Part shown: in pieces, positions 32,755 through 42,737 of the stretch
How the letters are laid out: each line of letters begins with the position of its first letter
Position numbering within the stretch: position 1 is the stretch's first letter
Source: Clostridia bacterium
GTDB lineage: Bacteria; Bacillota; Clostridia; Oscillospirales; CAG-272
Direction of reading: 5' to 3'
Assembly: GCA_017467105.1 (NCBI GenBank)
Contig: JAFTSU010000002.1
Location: forward strand, 130,481 to 194,480
DNA length: 64,000 bases
Program-made: the position numbers and the translations under genes
Notes under the pieces: model-generated
What the model saw: the letters and a program-made list of their open reading frames with translations, nothing else
Database searches by the model: none
Told to the model about the DNA's origin: nothing

Positions 32755-33339
32755 ATGAAGAAGCTGATCGAGGAATTTAAAAAGTTTATTAAGCGCGGAA
32801 ACGTTGTTGATATGGCTGTCGGTGTGGCGGTGGCATCTGCGTTTACCGCTATCGTAAATGCATTTACAAAGGGATTTATATCACCCCTTATCGCTCTTCT
32901 TACGGGAGAGTCTAATCTTGATGAGGTCAAGCTGATAATAAGACCCGAGGTAACAGAGACTGTTGGCGAGGAGACAGTAGTCGTACAGCAGGAGGTCGCT
33001 CTTCTGTGGGGCGCTTTCCTTCAGGCTATCATAAACTTCTTTATCATCGCGCTGGCGCTGTTCACGGTTATGAAGGTCGTCTCAACCATCAGAGCGCGCG
33101 CAGAGAAATTCTCCAAGGACGTCAAGAACCGTTTCAGCGACGAGGACGAGAAGGCTGCGGCAAAGGCTGCCGCTGAGAAGGCGGAGGCTGAGGAGAAGGC
33201 AAGAGCAGAGGCTGAGGCTGCCGCAGAGGCGGAGAGAATAGCCGCAGAGGAGAAGGCAAACGAGGTCGAGAGGCTTAAAAGGGAAGAGGCTCTTCTGACA
33301 GAGATCAGAGATCTTCTGCGCAACAAAGCGGAAAAATAA
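32755..33339 (+). CDS. mscL: Large-conductance mechanosensitive channel MscL with an extended Ala/Glu-rich C-terminal tail
   Basis: N-terminus EFKKFIKRGNVVDMAVGVAVASAF is canonical MscL. At 194 aa it is longer than usual. Confidence 0.9.
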   Translation: MKKLIEEFKKFIKRGNVVDMAVGVAVASAFTAIVNAFTKGFISPLIALLTGESNLDEVKLIIRPEVTETVGEETVVVQQEVALLWGAFLQAIINFFIIALALFTVMKVVSTIRARAEKFSKDVKNRFSDEDEKAAAKAAAEKAEAEEKARAEAEAAAEAERIAAEEKANEVERLKREEALLTEIRDLLRNKAEK

Positions 33340-33474
33340 AATCAGCGGTGAGCGAGGAAAATATCTTCGCTCATCTCGAATAATATAGCGAATACGCCCG
33401 GTTTCGCGGTTAACGCCGGACCCGTGTAGAGTTTTTATCTTTTTGAGCGTAAAAATAGCGAAAAGGAGAATGAT

Positions 33475-35361
33475 ATGGTATCCGTACCGATTACGTTTAC
33501 CTCTCTGAATAAAAGCACTGTAGAGGATTATATAGAGAGGTTTCGCGACCTGGAGGTGAGGAGGGTCTTTATATATGGATTAGGATCTTTGCATCTTCCA
33601 TCCTCTCTCATATATACTCGGCGCGAGGATTGTAAATACGCTGTAGACAGATTTAAGGAAGCCGGCTTTGAGGTTGGCTTCTGGGTGGATTCGTTCGGTC
33701 ACGGCAGACCTCTTTTTTCATGTTATGATGACAGAGCGTCAGATATGGAATTTACGCCTATGCTCTCCCTTGACGGCGAAAGCTCACCATACGCGCTTTG
33801 CCCGGACGGAGAAAATTTTTCGCGCGCTTTTATGAAGGGCGTTAGGGAAATGGCGACTCTTTCCCCCGACCTTATTATGCTGGACGATGACTTCAGATTC
33901 GCGAGATTCGGCTTGCAGTATCTTACCTGCTTCTGCGATAATCATATTAAGGACTATTACCGCAGAATAGGGGAGAGAGTACCGCGTGAAAAAATCTCGG
34001 AGCTTATATTCTCCGGAGGAAAAAATAAATACAGAGAAGCTTATTTTGATATGATCTCAGATACTCTGCTTCGGTTCGCGCGCAAAATACGCGAAACCGT
34101 TGACAGCGTAAACCCAAGCATCAGAGTCGGCGCATCCTCCGTCAGAGAAACCGTGGATTTTTCGGGCACGTCACAGGCGGAGATCGCCAGAGCGCTTGCG
34201 GGAGGCACGAAGCCCTTCTGCAGACTTTCCGGTGCCCCATACGGAGGTACTGACGTTATAGAGTGCGTGGAATTTATCAGACTTCAACTCTCATCCCTCG
34301 ACGGAGAGGAGATAGAATGTATGACGGAGGGAGATACATATCCCCGTCCGAGATACAATAAGCCGTCAAAGGTTTTGGAGCTGTATAACCTTGCGCTTTC
34401 GGCAGATCCTCTGTGTAAGGATAGGCTGGATTATCTTTACGACTACACTCAGCCGCCATCGTACGAGATGGGGTACGACGAACGGGCGCGCAGACTTGCG
34501 CCGGTGCTCTCGGCAATAAGAGCCGCCTTTGAAGGTAAGAGGAGGACTGGTGTGTACATATACAATAAGCTGCACAAGATACGCGAGATGCGTTTCAGTT
34601 CTCCGGTGGAAAAAGCAGTGGTAAAAACGCTTCATATGACGTCCGAAAATCCGGCGTCAATATATATGGCGAAGAACTCTATTTCAACCGCTTTTTGTGA
34701 CACGGGGTACCCGTTATGTATATTTGGAGAGAATGCCAGGGACGTGGATCTGTCATTGATGTCACGGGGCGCCGTGCTTGATGCCAGGGCTGCGGAGATA
34801 CTCCGTGACAGAGGGGTGGATACAGGATTTATAAGCGGCGAGTACACCATGCCGATCGGAGAGCTTTACAGAGGCTCTGAGTTCCCTGTGTGTGACGTTG
34901 CTTCCGGTGGTGAAATGGCTGTTAAGGTAAATCCGACGGCGGAGATTCTGAGTACGTTTCTTCCGAGCGGCACCCCTGCATCCTACTCGTACACTAATGC
35001 TTCCGGCGAGAGATTTCTCGTATTCGCGACTGACACGTATCTGAAGCGCAGTAAAAATAATTTCTCCGTCAGCTACTATCGGGAGGCGCAGATTTTAGAG
35101 TGGATAGAGCAGGGCGGTAAAAGATTGCCCGCCACCTGCCAGGGTCACCCAAATCTCTACGTTTCAGCCGCCGAGGGCGATGGAGAACTTGCCGTGCTGC
35201 TTGTTAACAGCTTTGAGGATGAGATATTTTCTCCTACGGTTATTCTTGATAGAAAATATTCTCATATTGAGTCGCCTTATAATGACGCAAGGCTTGACGG
35301 GGATAAAGTCAGGCTCGGCGATATAGGTCCGTTTGGCTTTGCGCTGTTTACGGTAAAATAA
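33475..35361 (+). CDS. Hypothetical protein (628 aa, soluble)
   Basis: Long ORF with AAGGAG RBS and normal codon usage. No family recognised by eye. Confidence 0.7.
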   Translation: MVSVPITFTSLNKSTVEDYIERFRDLEVRRVFIYGLGSLHLPSSLIYTRREDCKYAVDRFKEAGFEVGFWVDSFGHGRPLFSCYDDRASDMEFTPMLSLDGESSPYALCPDGENFSRAFMKGVREMATLSPDLIMLDDDFRFARFGLQYLTCFCDNHIKDYYRRIGERVPREKISELIFSGGKNKYREAYFDMISDTLLRFARKIRETVDSVNPSIRVGASSVRETVDFSGTSQAEIARALAGGTKPFCRLSGAPYGGTDVIECVEFIRLQLSSLDGEEIECMTEGDTYPRPRYNKPSKVLELYNLALSADPLCKDRLDYLYDYTQPPSYEMGYDERARRLAPVLSAIRAAFEGKRRTGVYIYNKLHKIREMRFSSPVEKAVVKTLHMTSENPASIYMAKNSISTAFCDTGYPLCIFGENARDVDLSLMSRGAVLDARAAEILRDRGVDTGFISGEYTMPIGELYRGSEFPVCDVASGGEMAVKVNPTAEILSTFLPSGTPASYSYTNASGERFLVFATDTYLKRSKNNFSVSYYREAQILEWIEQGGKRLPATCQGHPNLYVSAAEGDGELAVLLVNSFEDEIFSPTVILDRKYSHIESPYNDARLDGDKVRLGDIGPFGFALFTVK

Positions 35362-35424
35362 AAATATTATTTTTTAAAATGTATAAAAGCGTATCATTGT
35401 TTTAAAATATCCGAAATAAACGAA

Positions 35425-35474
35425 AGAGAGATAGACCGACGATTGTATTCGTTTGCGATCTATCTCTCTTTTTA
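35425..35474 (+). terminator. Intrinsic terminator
   Basis: AGAGAGATAGACCG...CGATCTATCTCTCT stem followed by TTTTTATTT. Confidence 0.8.
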
Positions 35475-35600
35475 TTTGACCTCGGTGAACTCAGACGGAT
35501 TGGTTTCGGTCATGTACTTTTATTCTAATTATTTGTGTTATTTATGAAAGTTCGATTTTGGTAATTTTTTCGAGCCTTTTATTAGAATTCCATCGGTTTT

Positions 35601-35740
35601 CTAATATCAAAGCTCCGAATTTCAGCAATCCGCTTTGGGCTTTAGCAATCCAATTTGAGCTTCAGCGTTCCGCTTCGAGCTTCGGCGTTCAGCTTTGGAT
35701 TTCAGCAATCCGCTTCGAATTTCAGTGCTTCCTCCACCTC
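35601..35740 (-). repeat. 20-bp tandem repeat, 6-7 units, overlapping the last codons of dus and extending downstream of it
   Basis: Units sit in exact 20-nt register: 35621 TTCAGCAATCCGCTTTGGGC, 35641 TTTAGCAATCCAATTTGAGC, 35661 TTCAGCGTTCCGCTTCGAGC, 35681 TTCGGCGTTCAGCTTTGGAT, 35701 TTCAGCAATCCGCTTCGAAT, 35721 TTCAGTGCTTCCTCCACCTC. Confidence 0.9.
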
Positions 35741-36670
35741 GGCGTAGGTCGTCGCCGCGTTTATTTTTGCGCGAATTTGAGCAGCTCCGTAAAAATACTT
35801 GAGGTAGAGCGCTATCTGCTTTCGGGCCTCCGGCACTGCCAGCCGTTCGCCCTTATCCTCTATGGCTATTCTCAGCTGATATAGCGACGCATCCCTGCGC
35901 TCCCTTACCGTTGGCGTGACGAATTGAGAACCGCTCAGGCGCGAGAGTATTTCGGTAAAGATAAACGGGTTTCCGACAGCTCCTCTGCCAACCATAATTC
36001 CATCAGCTCCCGTATCGCTAAGCATAGAGAGTGCTTCTTCGCCGTTTGTTATATCTCCGTTCGCAAATAAGGGTATATGCAAACTACGCTTTACATTTTC
36101 TATGATTTTTCTATTGCAAGAGCCGCCGTACATTTGAGAGGTGGTGCGTCCGTGAATGCAGATTGCGGCTGCTCCTGCTGCCTCTGCCGCCTTAGCGCAC
36201 TCCACCGCGTTAAGATTATCCTCGGTTATGCCGGCGCGAAGCTTTACCGTGACCGGCAAGTGCGTTGCGTCTGCTACCGATGCGACTATTCTCTCTATAA
36301 GCTTCGGGTCGCGCATCAGGGCAGAGCCCTCGCCGTTAGAGAATATTTTCTTGACGGGACAGCCCATATTTATATCTATGGCTACCGGAGGCGCTCCCTC
36401 TGCCGGAGCGCTTAATATCCGCGCCGCCTCTGCCATTACCTCCGGCTCAGAGCCGAAGATCTGTATACCAACAGGACCCTCATCCTCTCTTATACGTGAG
36501 AGGGCAAAGGTCTTTTTATCATTGTATACCACCGCCTTGGCGCTGACCATTTCGGTGACGGTATATTCAGCGCCTCTTTCGTGACAGATTAAGCGCATGG
36601 CTCGGTCGGTGTAGCCTGCCATCGGGGCAAGTGCGACTCCGTGCCTCAGTGAAACGTTGCCTATTTTCAT
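35702..36670 (-). CDS. dus: tRNA-dihydrouridine synthase
   Basis: LAPMAGYTD, DINMGCP, IHGRT motifs. 322 aa. Confidence 0.92.
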   Translation of the reverse strand: MKIGNVSLRHGVALAPMAGYTDRAMRLICHERGAEYTVTEMVSAKAVVYNDKKTFALSRIREDEGPVGIQIFGSEPEVMAEAARILSAPAEGAPPVAIDINMGCPVKKIFSNGEGSALMRDPKLIERIVASVADATHLPVTVKLRAGITEDNLNAVECAKAAEAAGAAAICIHGRTTSQMYGGSCNRKIIENVKRSLHIPLFANGDITNGEEALSMLSDTGADGIMVGRGAVGNPFIFTEILSRLSGSQFVTPTVRERRDASLYQLRIAIEDKGERLAVPEARKQIALYLKYFYGAAQIRAKINAATTYAEVEEALKFEADC

Positions 36671-36858
36671 TCTGTATCTCTTTCGTCTCGTCTTTGTCTA
36701 TATTTTATCATAATTATTCCCGTTTTGCAAGATTTGACTGCTTTTTGTCTCTGCTTTTCGGAAAAAGCGTTAAAGGATGAAGCTTTTGGCTCTTCCGCAC
36801 TTGAATTTACGTTTTGGATATGCTAAAATATTTATGATAATATTTTTGGGGGAATAAA

Positions 36859-38361
36859 ATGAACGTATCAGACCTTATTTTAGAGCTGGTTGATTACGGT
36901 ATCGGATCTGGTCTTACAGACCAAAGGGATGAGATGCTTGTAAGATGCGCGCTGATGGACGCTATGAATATTGACAGCCTTGAGCCGAGTGGCGAGAGTC
37001 GGTCCGAAAGAGAGATTGGAGAGATTCTTTCCGATCTGTGCGACAGGGCGGCAGGGGCAGGAAATATAGACGGCGATAGCATTGTGGCGCGAGATCTTTT
37101 TGACACGCGGCTTATGGGTGCGCTGACACCGTCTCCATCCTTCGTCATAGATAAATTCAAAGCGCTTTACGCATCAGACCCGGCAGCAGCCACCGATTAT
37201 TTTTATTCTCTCGCGATAAAAAGCAACTACATAAGAGAGGACAGAATAAGGAAGGATCTTAAGTGGACTGTTGACTCAGACTACGGAGAAATTGACATAA
37301 CAGTAAACCTTTCCAAGCCGGAGAAGGATCCCAGAGCTATAGCTAAGGCGAAGCTCTCTCCCCAGACCGATTACCCGAAGTGCGCTCTTTGTCACGAGAA
37401 CGAGGGATTCAGAGGCACCGTTACCAAGGCGGCGAGACAAACGCTCAGGCAGATACCCTTTGATATGGGAGGCGAGACATGGTATCTTCAGTATTCTCCC
37501 TACGTCTATTACAACGAGCATTGCATTGCGCTTTCCGCCGAGCACAGACCTATGAAAATAGACTCTACCACCTTCAGAAAGCTCTGCGGATTTATCAGCG
37601 AGTTTCCTCACTATTTTATAGGCTCAAACGCGGATCTGCCTATAGTGGGCGGCTCGATCTTATCTCACGATCATATGCAGGGCGGCAGATATACCTTCCC
37701 TATTGAAAGGGCAAGAGTCGCGGCTGCCGTTGAGTTTTCCGGCTTTTCAGACGTGGATGCCGCTATCGTGCGCTGGCCTATGTCGGTTATCAGACTGTCG
37801 GCTGACGACCCCGAGAGGCTGTGTCTGTTGGCTGATAAGATACTGACTGTGTGGCGGAATTATACGGACGAGTCGGCGCATATATTTGCCTATACGGGAG
37901 ATACACCCCATAATACAATAACGCCTATTGCCCGTCGCAGAGGCGAGAAATACGAGATGGATCTGGTGCTGCGTAACAATATTACCACGGATGAGTGTCC
38001 CTTGGGCCTATATCATCCGCACAGAGAGCATCACAACATAAAGAAGGAAAATATCGGTCTTATTGAGGTCATGGGTCTTGCGGTGCTTCCGTCAAGGCTT
38101 AAGAGTGAGATGGGGCTGATGAGGGATGCCATACTTTCCGGCGTGGATTTTGCAACCGTTCCGGAAATTGAGAAGCACGGAGATTGGTTCCGTCGCTTCA
38201 AGGATAATTATACCTTCACCCCGGAGAATACGGAGGATATTCTTAAAAAGGAGATCGGCAAGACCTTCGTTAGAGTCCTTTCGGATGCGGGGGTATACAA
38301 GGATAATGAAGAGGGAAGGGCGGCTATTGGCAGGTTTATAGACGAGGTCAACCGCCTGTGA
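36859..38361 (+). CDS. galT: Galactose-1-phosphate uridylyltransferase, type 2 (Firmicute ~500-aa form)
   Basis: Length and the conserved WYLQYSPYVYYNEHCIALS and GGSILSHDHMQGG regions. Confidence 0.85.
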   Translation: MNVSDLILELVDYGIGSGLTDQRDEMLVRCALMDAMNIDSLEPSGESRSEREIGEILSDLCDRAAGAGNIDGDSIVARDLFDTRLMGALTPSPSFVIDKFKALYASDPAAATDYFYSLAIKSNYIREDRIRKDLKWTVDSDYGEIDITVNLSKPEKDPRAIAKAKLSPQTDYPKCALCHENEGFRGTVTKAARQTLRQIPFDMGGETWYLQYSPYVYYNEHCIALSAEHRPMKIDSTTFRKLCGFISEFPHYFIGSNADLPIVGGSILSHDHMQGGRYTFPIERARVAAAVEFSGFSDVDAAIVRWPMSVIRLSADDPERLCLLADKILTVWRNYTDESAHIFAYTGDTPHNTITPIARRRGEKYEMDLVLRNNITTDECPLGLYHPHREHHNIKKENIGLIEVMGLAVLPSRLKSEMGLMRDAILSGVDFATVPEIEKHGDWFRRFKDNYTFTPENTEDILKKEIGKTFVRVLSDAGVYKDNEEGRAAIGRFIDEVNRL

Positions 38362-38394
38362 TCCCAAACGAACAGTGAAAGAGAGGTGAGACGG

Positions 38395-41300
38395 ATGGGC
38401 GAGAGAAAATGGACTCCGATGCAAAGCGCGGCAATTAACGAGAGACGTAAGACTCTTCTTGTTTCCGCGGCGGCAGGCTCCGGAAAGACGGCAACGCTGA
38501 CCGAGCGTATAATCCGCTCCCTGACGGATACCGAGAGGCCTACGAATATTGAGTCGCTGCTTGTGGTTACCTTTACGACCGCCGCCGCAGCGGAGCTTAA
38601 GGCGAAGCTTACCGCGGCTCTTGAAAAGGCTGTGGCTAAGGACCCCTCCAACAAGCATCTTTCACACCAGCTTTATATGCTTCCGTCCGCCAAGATACGA
38701 ACTATCGACTCCTTCTGCAACGATATTCTGCGCATGGGCGCAGACAGAGTAGGGCTGTCCGGCGGATACAGGATCGCCGACGGCGCGGAGTGCGAGCTTC
38801 TGGCGATCTCCGTGCTTGACGGAATGCTCGGAGCAATATACAGAAATGAGCTTTGTGACGTGGCGAGCGCTGAGGAAATGGAGGAGCTGGCTGATTGCCT
38901 TACCGACTCCAGACACACAGAGGAGCTCTCTCTGGTTCTGCGACTCGTATACGAAAGGTGTGAAAGCTCGGAGAAGGGTGTCGACTCCCTGCTTCCTCTT
39001 ATAGATCTGTATAACACCGAGGGCTTCTCCGGAGTGGAGAAAACTCGACACGGGTCCTACCTTTTGGAGATAACAGACGAGATGCTTCGTCACTACTCAG
39101 ATATCTGCGAGAAATATGCAAAAAAGCTCTCTTGCGGCTCAGACTCAGAGAGAAAATACGGAGATATGGCAGAGTCGGACAGGGTAGTCATATCCGCGAT
39201 CCTTCGCGAAAAGACCTACGTTGATAAGAAAAACGCGCTTATGGGCCTGTCCTTTAAGACCAAGCCCTCATCCCGTACTCTTACCGAGATAAGCGCGGAT
39301 ATGGAGAGCTACAGCGCGCTTCGCGATATGATGCGCGAGGACGTGAAGAAGCTATACGATTATTACGTATATACTGAGGATGAGTGGCGTGACACTATGG
39401 ACAGGCTTCGCTCTCTTCTCTACGTGCTATACAGATTTGAGAAAAAATTTGACACTCTTTTTCTTGAGGAGAAGATACGCCGCAGAGCCTTGTCATATTC
39501 CGATATTGAGAGACTCTGCTACCGCTGTCTTATAGAGGACGGTAAGCGTACCGATATAGCAGAGAATCTTTCGAAGCAATACGAGGCTATTTATATAGAC
39601 GAGTACCAGGACGTAAACAGTCTGCAGAACAGTATATTCGGCGCCATCTCAAGACCCGATAACAGATTTATGGTCGGAGATATCAAGCAGAGCATATACG
39701 GCTTCCGCTCCGCAAGGCCCGAGATCTTTGCGCAGATGAAGTCCGCCTTCCCCGAGATATCCGTATCAAAGGGAGAGTGCGCGTCCATATTTATGTCCGA
39801 TAATTTCAGATCGGATGCCGGAGTTATAGATTTTGTAAACTCGGTATTTGACCGTGTGTTCGGTCTGATAGGTGACAGCATAGGCTACGAGGAGGGAGAC
39901 AGACTACGCTGCTCGAAGGTCTATGACGGAGAGACTCCGCCCTACAGATATCCGGAGCTTTGTCTGACCGATAAAAAGGAGAAGGGCGAGGATACCGATC
40001 CGTCGCCCGACGTTGTGGCGGCGAAGATTGAAGAGCTGCTGCGCCTTGGAGTTCTGAACAGCGGCGAGCCTGTAAGACCGTCGGATATAGCTATAATACT
40101 GCGTAGCGCCAGAGGAAGAGACAGCCTTTATGCTGACGCGCTGAAGAAACGGGGCATACCGTCCAGAATATCAGGGTCGAAGAGCTTCTTTCTATCATCG
40201 GAGGTGCTTCTTGCGCTCTGTCTCTTAAACGTTATAGACAACCCAAGAAGAGACATTTATCTTGCGGGACTCTTATGCTCTCCGCTCTTTGATTTTACCG
40301 CGGACGACCTGTGCTTAATTCGACACGGGGGTGGGGGTGAGACTCTGTACGCGGACCTAGTCAGCTACGTGGAGGCAAATCCCGACTTCACTAAGGGTGC
40401 GCGTTTTGTTAATAGACTTGAGTACTATCGCACCATTTCCGAGGGAATCGGTGTGGATACCCTTATCGCAAAGCTCTACAGAGAGACCGGACTTATGGCT
40501 CTGGCTGCTAAAAACGGCGGAGCGGATAATCTGTCCCTTCTTTACGATTATGCTAGAAATTACGAATCCGGTGCTTATAAGGGACTTTACAATTTTATTA
40601 AATTCATAAACGGCGTTCTGGATAAAAAGACGTCCTTTGACGATAAGCGGGAGAGCGCCGAGAGTGACGCAGTACAAATAATAACCAGCCACTCGTCGAA
40701 GGGACTTGAGTATCCGGTGGTGTTTATTGTTGATGCCGGTAAGGCGTTCTCCGCCCAGGATGCCAGGAGCAGACTCGTTTATTCCTCGGATATGGGAATA
40801 TCCTTCCGTCTGCGGTCTCCGTCAGGACTTGCTATCGTCAACAGTCCTATCCACGATCTTACCTGTCATTACATTCTCCGTCTCGGTCAGGAGGAGGAGC
40901 TTCGCGTCCTGTACGTAGCTCTGACACGAGCCAGAGAAATGTTGTATATAGTAGGCTCGCCAACCTCGGAGCGAGAGGATTACGTAGCAAAAATGGAGCT
41001 ACTCAGAGAGCATCTGACTCCGTACGCTCTGCGCTCGAGGCGATCCTCTATGGAAATAATCCTTTCGGCGACGAATATCGCTCCGCTGGATCCATCGGAT
41101 TTTGCTCACGGATACGTTCCGAGAGACGATGAGAATGAGTATAAGCAGGACTCCGATGAGGAGTTTGAGATCATCTCCGAGAGCATTGATACGTCTCTTT
41201 CCGACGAGCTGACACGCAGATTTACCTTCGAATACCCCAAAAAGTATATGACCGTGCTTCCAGAGAAGCTGTCCGTATCCAGAACCTATCCAGGCGCCTT

Positions 41301-41928
41301 GGACGTTGACGGCGCGCTTGAGCTTTTCACAGAGGATGATAAGCCTACACAGCCGTCCTTTATTACCGGCAGGGCGACGGAGGAGAGCGCCAAGCGAGGA
41401 ATCGCGACGCATATGTTCCTTCAGTTCTGCGATCTTGAGCATCTCCGTGACGGAGGAGCCAAGGATGAGCTTCACCGCCTTGTGAGCGAGGGCTTTCTCT
41501 CGGAGACGGACGGCGACAGAGTACGCCTCTCCGAAATAGAGAGCTTCAGACGCTCCCGTCTTTTCGGTGATATGCTGACTGCCAAAAGGGTGTATAGAGA
41601 GCTCAGGTTCAACGTTGCTATGCCCGCTTCTATGTTTACTGAAAACGAGGAGCAGAGAAGCGCCTACGCTGACAAAACGGTGCTGGTGCAGGGCGTTATA
41701 GACTGTATAGTTGAGTACGCCGACGGCTCTCTCGGTCTCTATGACTACAAGACCGACCGCCTTTCAGCAGAGGAGCTTTTCGACAGAAGAAGGGCGGCCG
41801 CTACCCTAGCGGCAAAGCATTCCCAGCAGCTTTCATATTACAAATACGCTGTGGAGAGGATGTTCGGTATAGCTCCTACGAGAGTAGAGGTATACTCCCT
41901 CCCTCTCGGAGATACCGTTCCGGTTTAA
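38395..41928 (+). CDS. addA: ATP-dependent helicase/nuclease AddA (UvrD-like helicase with a C-terminal PD-(D/E)xK nuclease)
   Basis: Walker A AAAGSGKTAT, IDEYQD, C-terminal GVIDCIV...DYKTD nuclease motif. ATG 38395 is preferred over GTG 38386. Confidence 0.88.
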   Translation: MGERKWTPMQSAAINERRKTLLVSAAAGSGKTATLTERIIRSLTDTERPTNIESLLVVTFTTAAAAELKAKLTAALEKAVAKDPSNKHLSHQLYMLPSAKIRTIDSFCNDILRMGADRVGLSGGYRIADGAECELLAISVLDGMLGAIYRNELCDVASAEEMEELADCLTDSRHTEELSLVLRLVYERCESSEKGVDSLLPLIDLYNTEGFSGVEKTRHGSYLLEITDEMLRHYSDICEKYAKKLSCGSDSERKYGDMAESDRVVISAILREKTYVDKKNALMGLSFKTKPSSRTLTEISADMESYSALRDMMREDVKKLYDYYVYTEDEWRDTMDRLRSLLYVLYRFEKKFDTLFLEEKIRRRALSYSDIERLCYRCLIEDGKRTDIAENLSKQYEAIYIDEYQDVNSLQNSIFGAISRPDNRFMVGDIKQSIYGFRSARPEIFAQMKSAFPEISVSKGECASIFMSDNFRSDAGVIDFVNSVFDRVFGLIGDSIGYEEGDRLRCSKVYDGETPPYRYPELCLTDKKEKGEDTDPSPDVVAAKIEELLRLGVLNSGEPVRPSDIAIILRSARGRDSLYADALKKRGIPSRISGSKSFFLSSEVLLALCLLNVIDNPRRDIYLAGLLCSPLFDFTADDLCLIRHGGGGETLYADLVSYVEANPDFTKGARFVNRLEYYRTISEGIGVDTLIAKLYRETGLMALAAKNGGADNLSLLYDYARNYESGAYKGLYNFIKFINGVLDKKTSFDDKRESAESDAVQIITSHSSKGLEYPVVFIVDAGKAFSAQDARSRLVYSSDMGISFRLRSPSGLAIVNSPIHDLTCHYILRLGQEEELRVLYVALTRAREMLYIVGSPTSEREDYVAKMELLREHLTPYALRSRRSSMEIILSATNIAPLDPSDFAHGYVPRDDENEYKQDSDEEFEIISESIDTSLSDELTRRFTFEYPKKYMTVLPEKLSVSRTYPGALDVDGALELFTEDDKPTQPSFITGRATEESAKRGIATHMFLQFCDLEHLRDGGAKDELHRLVSEGFLSETDGDRVRLSEIESFRRSRLFGDMLTAKRVYRELRFNVAMPASMFTENEEQRSAYADKTVLVQGVIDCIVEYADGSLGLYDYKTDRLSAEELFDRRRAAATLAAKHSQQLSYYKYAVERMFGIAPTRVEVYSLPLGDTVPV

Positions 41929-42054
41929 CGATTATTTCGTAAGCTTTTCCAAAAATTATCCGGGTAAATAAAAATATCTATTGAATTATCCGTTTAAATA
42001 GTGTACAATATTATTGTAAACGAAATAAAGACTCTACGAAAGGCGGACAGTGCA

Positions 42055-42468
42055 ATGAGTGCAAAGCTGAACAGGCTGTTTTTTAATGCTTATATTGAGG
42101 TGGACAAGCTTTGCGCTGCGAAGCTTGGATTAGAGAGCGGCGGATTGAATGAATATATCAATAAGCTGATCAATTCACGCTTTGCTCCGGATAGGGAGGA
42201 GACTCTCAACCGGCTTACGAGATACAGAGGGATAAGAAACGCTATGGCGCACAGATCCGGCGCTCTTGATCAGCTGGATGAGATAGATAAGACTGATATC
42301 AAGTGGCTTCAGAGCTTTTCCTACGATCTTTCTCATAAGCGCGACCCTCTCTCGAGGTATCTGCGCCGCGCACGCGGTTACGTAAGACGCCGCAGATTCT
42401 TCGGAGTCATTATAGCGGCTGTCGTAATTCTGGCGGCTGTGCTTGGATATATTCACTTCTTTATGTGA
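42055..42468 (+). CDS. Hypothetical protein with a C-terminal TM anchor
   Basis: ORF runs 42001-42468, with ATG at 42055 after AAGGCGGA. Basic stretch RRARGYVRRRRF followed by a TM helix. Confidence 0.55.
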   Translation: MSAKLNRLFFNAYIEVDKLCAAKLGLESGGLNEYINKLINSRFAPDREETLNRLTRYRGIRNAMAHRSGALDQLDEIDKTDIKWLQSFSYDLSHKRDPLSRYLRRARGYVRRRRFFGVIIAAVVILAAVLGYIHFFM

Positions 42469-42475
42469 GCTTTCA

Positions 42476-42500
42476 GGGCGGAGATTTTCTCCGCCCTTCT
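42476..42500 (+). terminator. Intrinsic terminator
   Basis: GGGCGGAGA-TTTT-CTCCGCCC with a weak T tract. Confidence 0.6.
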
Positions 42501-42623
42501 TACCCCAAAAACAGCTCAAAAAGTTACTGAATACGCATTTTTCCTGAGTACACGTAAAGGATCACCTATCCTTGCCGCTTTTTGACGGCGGTTTATGCAT
42601 AGTGACGAATTTTTTCTATCAAA

Positions 42624-42639
42624 CGGCAATATGTTGATT
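42624..42639. promoter_or_regulatory. NrdR-box-like site 1
   Basis: Core CAATATGTTG matches 9/10 positions of the consensus core CwAtATaTwG. Confidence 0.5.
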
Positions 42640-42645
42640 TTTCTA

Positions 42646-42673
42646 TTGACAAACTCACAATATATGGTACAAT
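42646..42673 (+). promoter_or_regulatory. Candidate nrdD promoter
   Basis: TTGACA, 16 nt, extended -10 TGGTACAAT. Confidence 0.55.
42655..42670. promoter_or_regulatory. NrdR-box-like site 2, overlapping the promoter spacer and -10
   Basis: Core CAATATATGG (9/10). It lies 31 bp centre-to-centre from site 1. Confidence 0.5.
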
Positions 42674-42737
42674 ATAAGCACCCACTTTTTAAGACCGTCA
42701 CGAAAATGACGGCTGAAGCGTGATGAAGAGCAATAAC

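Noticed and set aside
35558-35884. 108-aa plus-strand ORF spanning the 20-bp repeats
   Set aside because: It is an artefact of the tandem repeat. The period is not a multiple of 3, and the ORF overlaps the dus 3' end in antisense.
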